From Octopus sinensis (lineage: Eukaryota), in NCBI RefSeq assembly GCF_006345805.1, contig NC_043024.1:2604001-2668000 (forward strand): a stretch of 64,000 bases of DNA, read 5' to 3'. Below are positions 63,901 to 64,000 of this stretch, piece by piece. The notes beneath the pieces were generated by a model, which was given only the letters and a program-made list of their open reading frames with translations, was not told the origin of the DNA and made no database searches. Both the position numbers and the translations under genes were made by a program. How positions within the stretch are numbered: the stretch's first letter is position 1; the number at the start of each line of letters is the position of its first letter.

Positions 63901-64000
63901 AGGAAGAAAAACAAAAGTTGACCCCCAGCAACATTTGAATATTGATGATGATGATGGTGGTGGTATTTGTGATATTTAAGGCGCCGAGCTGGCAGAGATG

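Overview
Eukaryotic, repeat-rich animal DNA, most likely octopus or another coleoid cephalopod. This is an inference from the tRNA-derived SINE families, dense TA/GATA/CA microsatellites, (TTAGGG)n repeats and the tandem C2H2 zinc-finger expansion. Left half (1-33.5 kb): three tandem segmental-duplication units. Each carries a minus-strand poly-C2H2 zinc-finger gene with an uninterrupted CDS (31, 10 plus a frameshifted remainder, and 23 finger units) whose arrays are shuffled, and each unit starts at an RTE-LINE 3' tail. Middle (33.5-50 kb): SINEs, MITEs, CR1-type and Tc1 remnants, and an ~825-bp interstitial telomeric array with higher-order structure. Right (51-62 kb): six coding exons of a plus-strand aldo-keto reductase. 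Its introns hold a near-intact RTE fragment with an expanded modular 3' UTR, a partial exon duplication, and a 21-bp minisatellite that reads in frame into the next exon. Three unrelated repeat families carry minimal hammerhead-ribozyme-like motifs of the Penelope type. All calls were made by eye; repeat boundaries are approximate.
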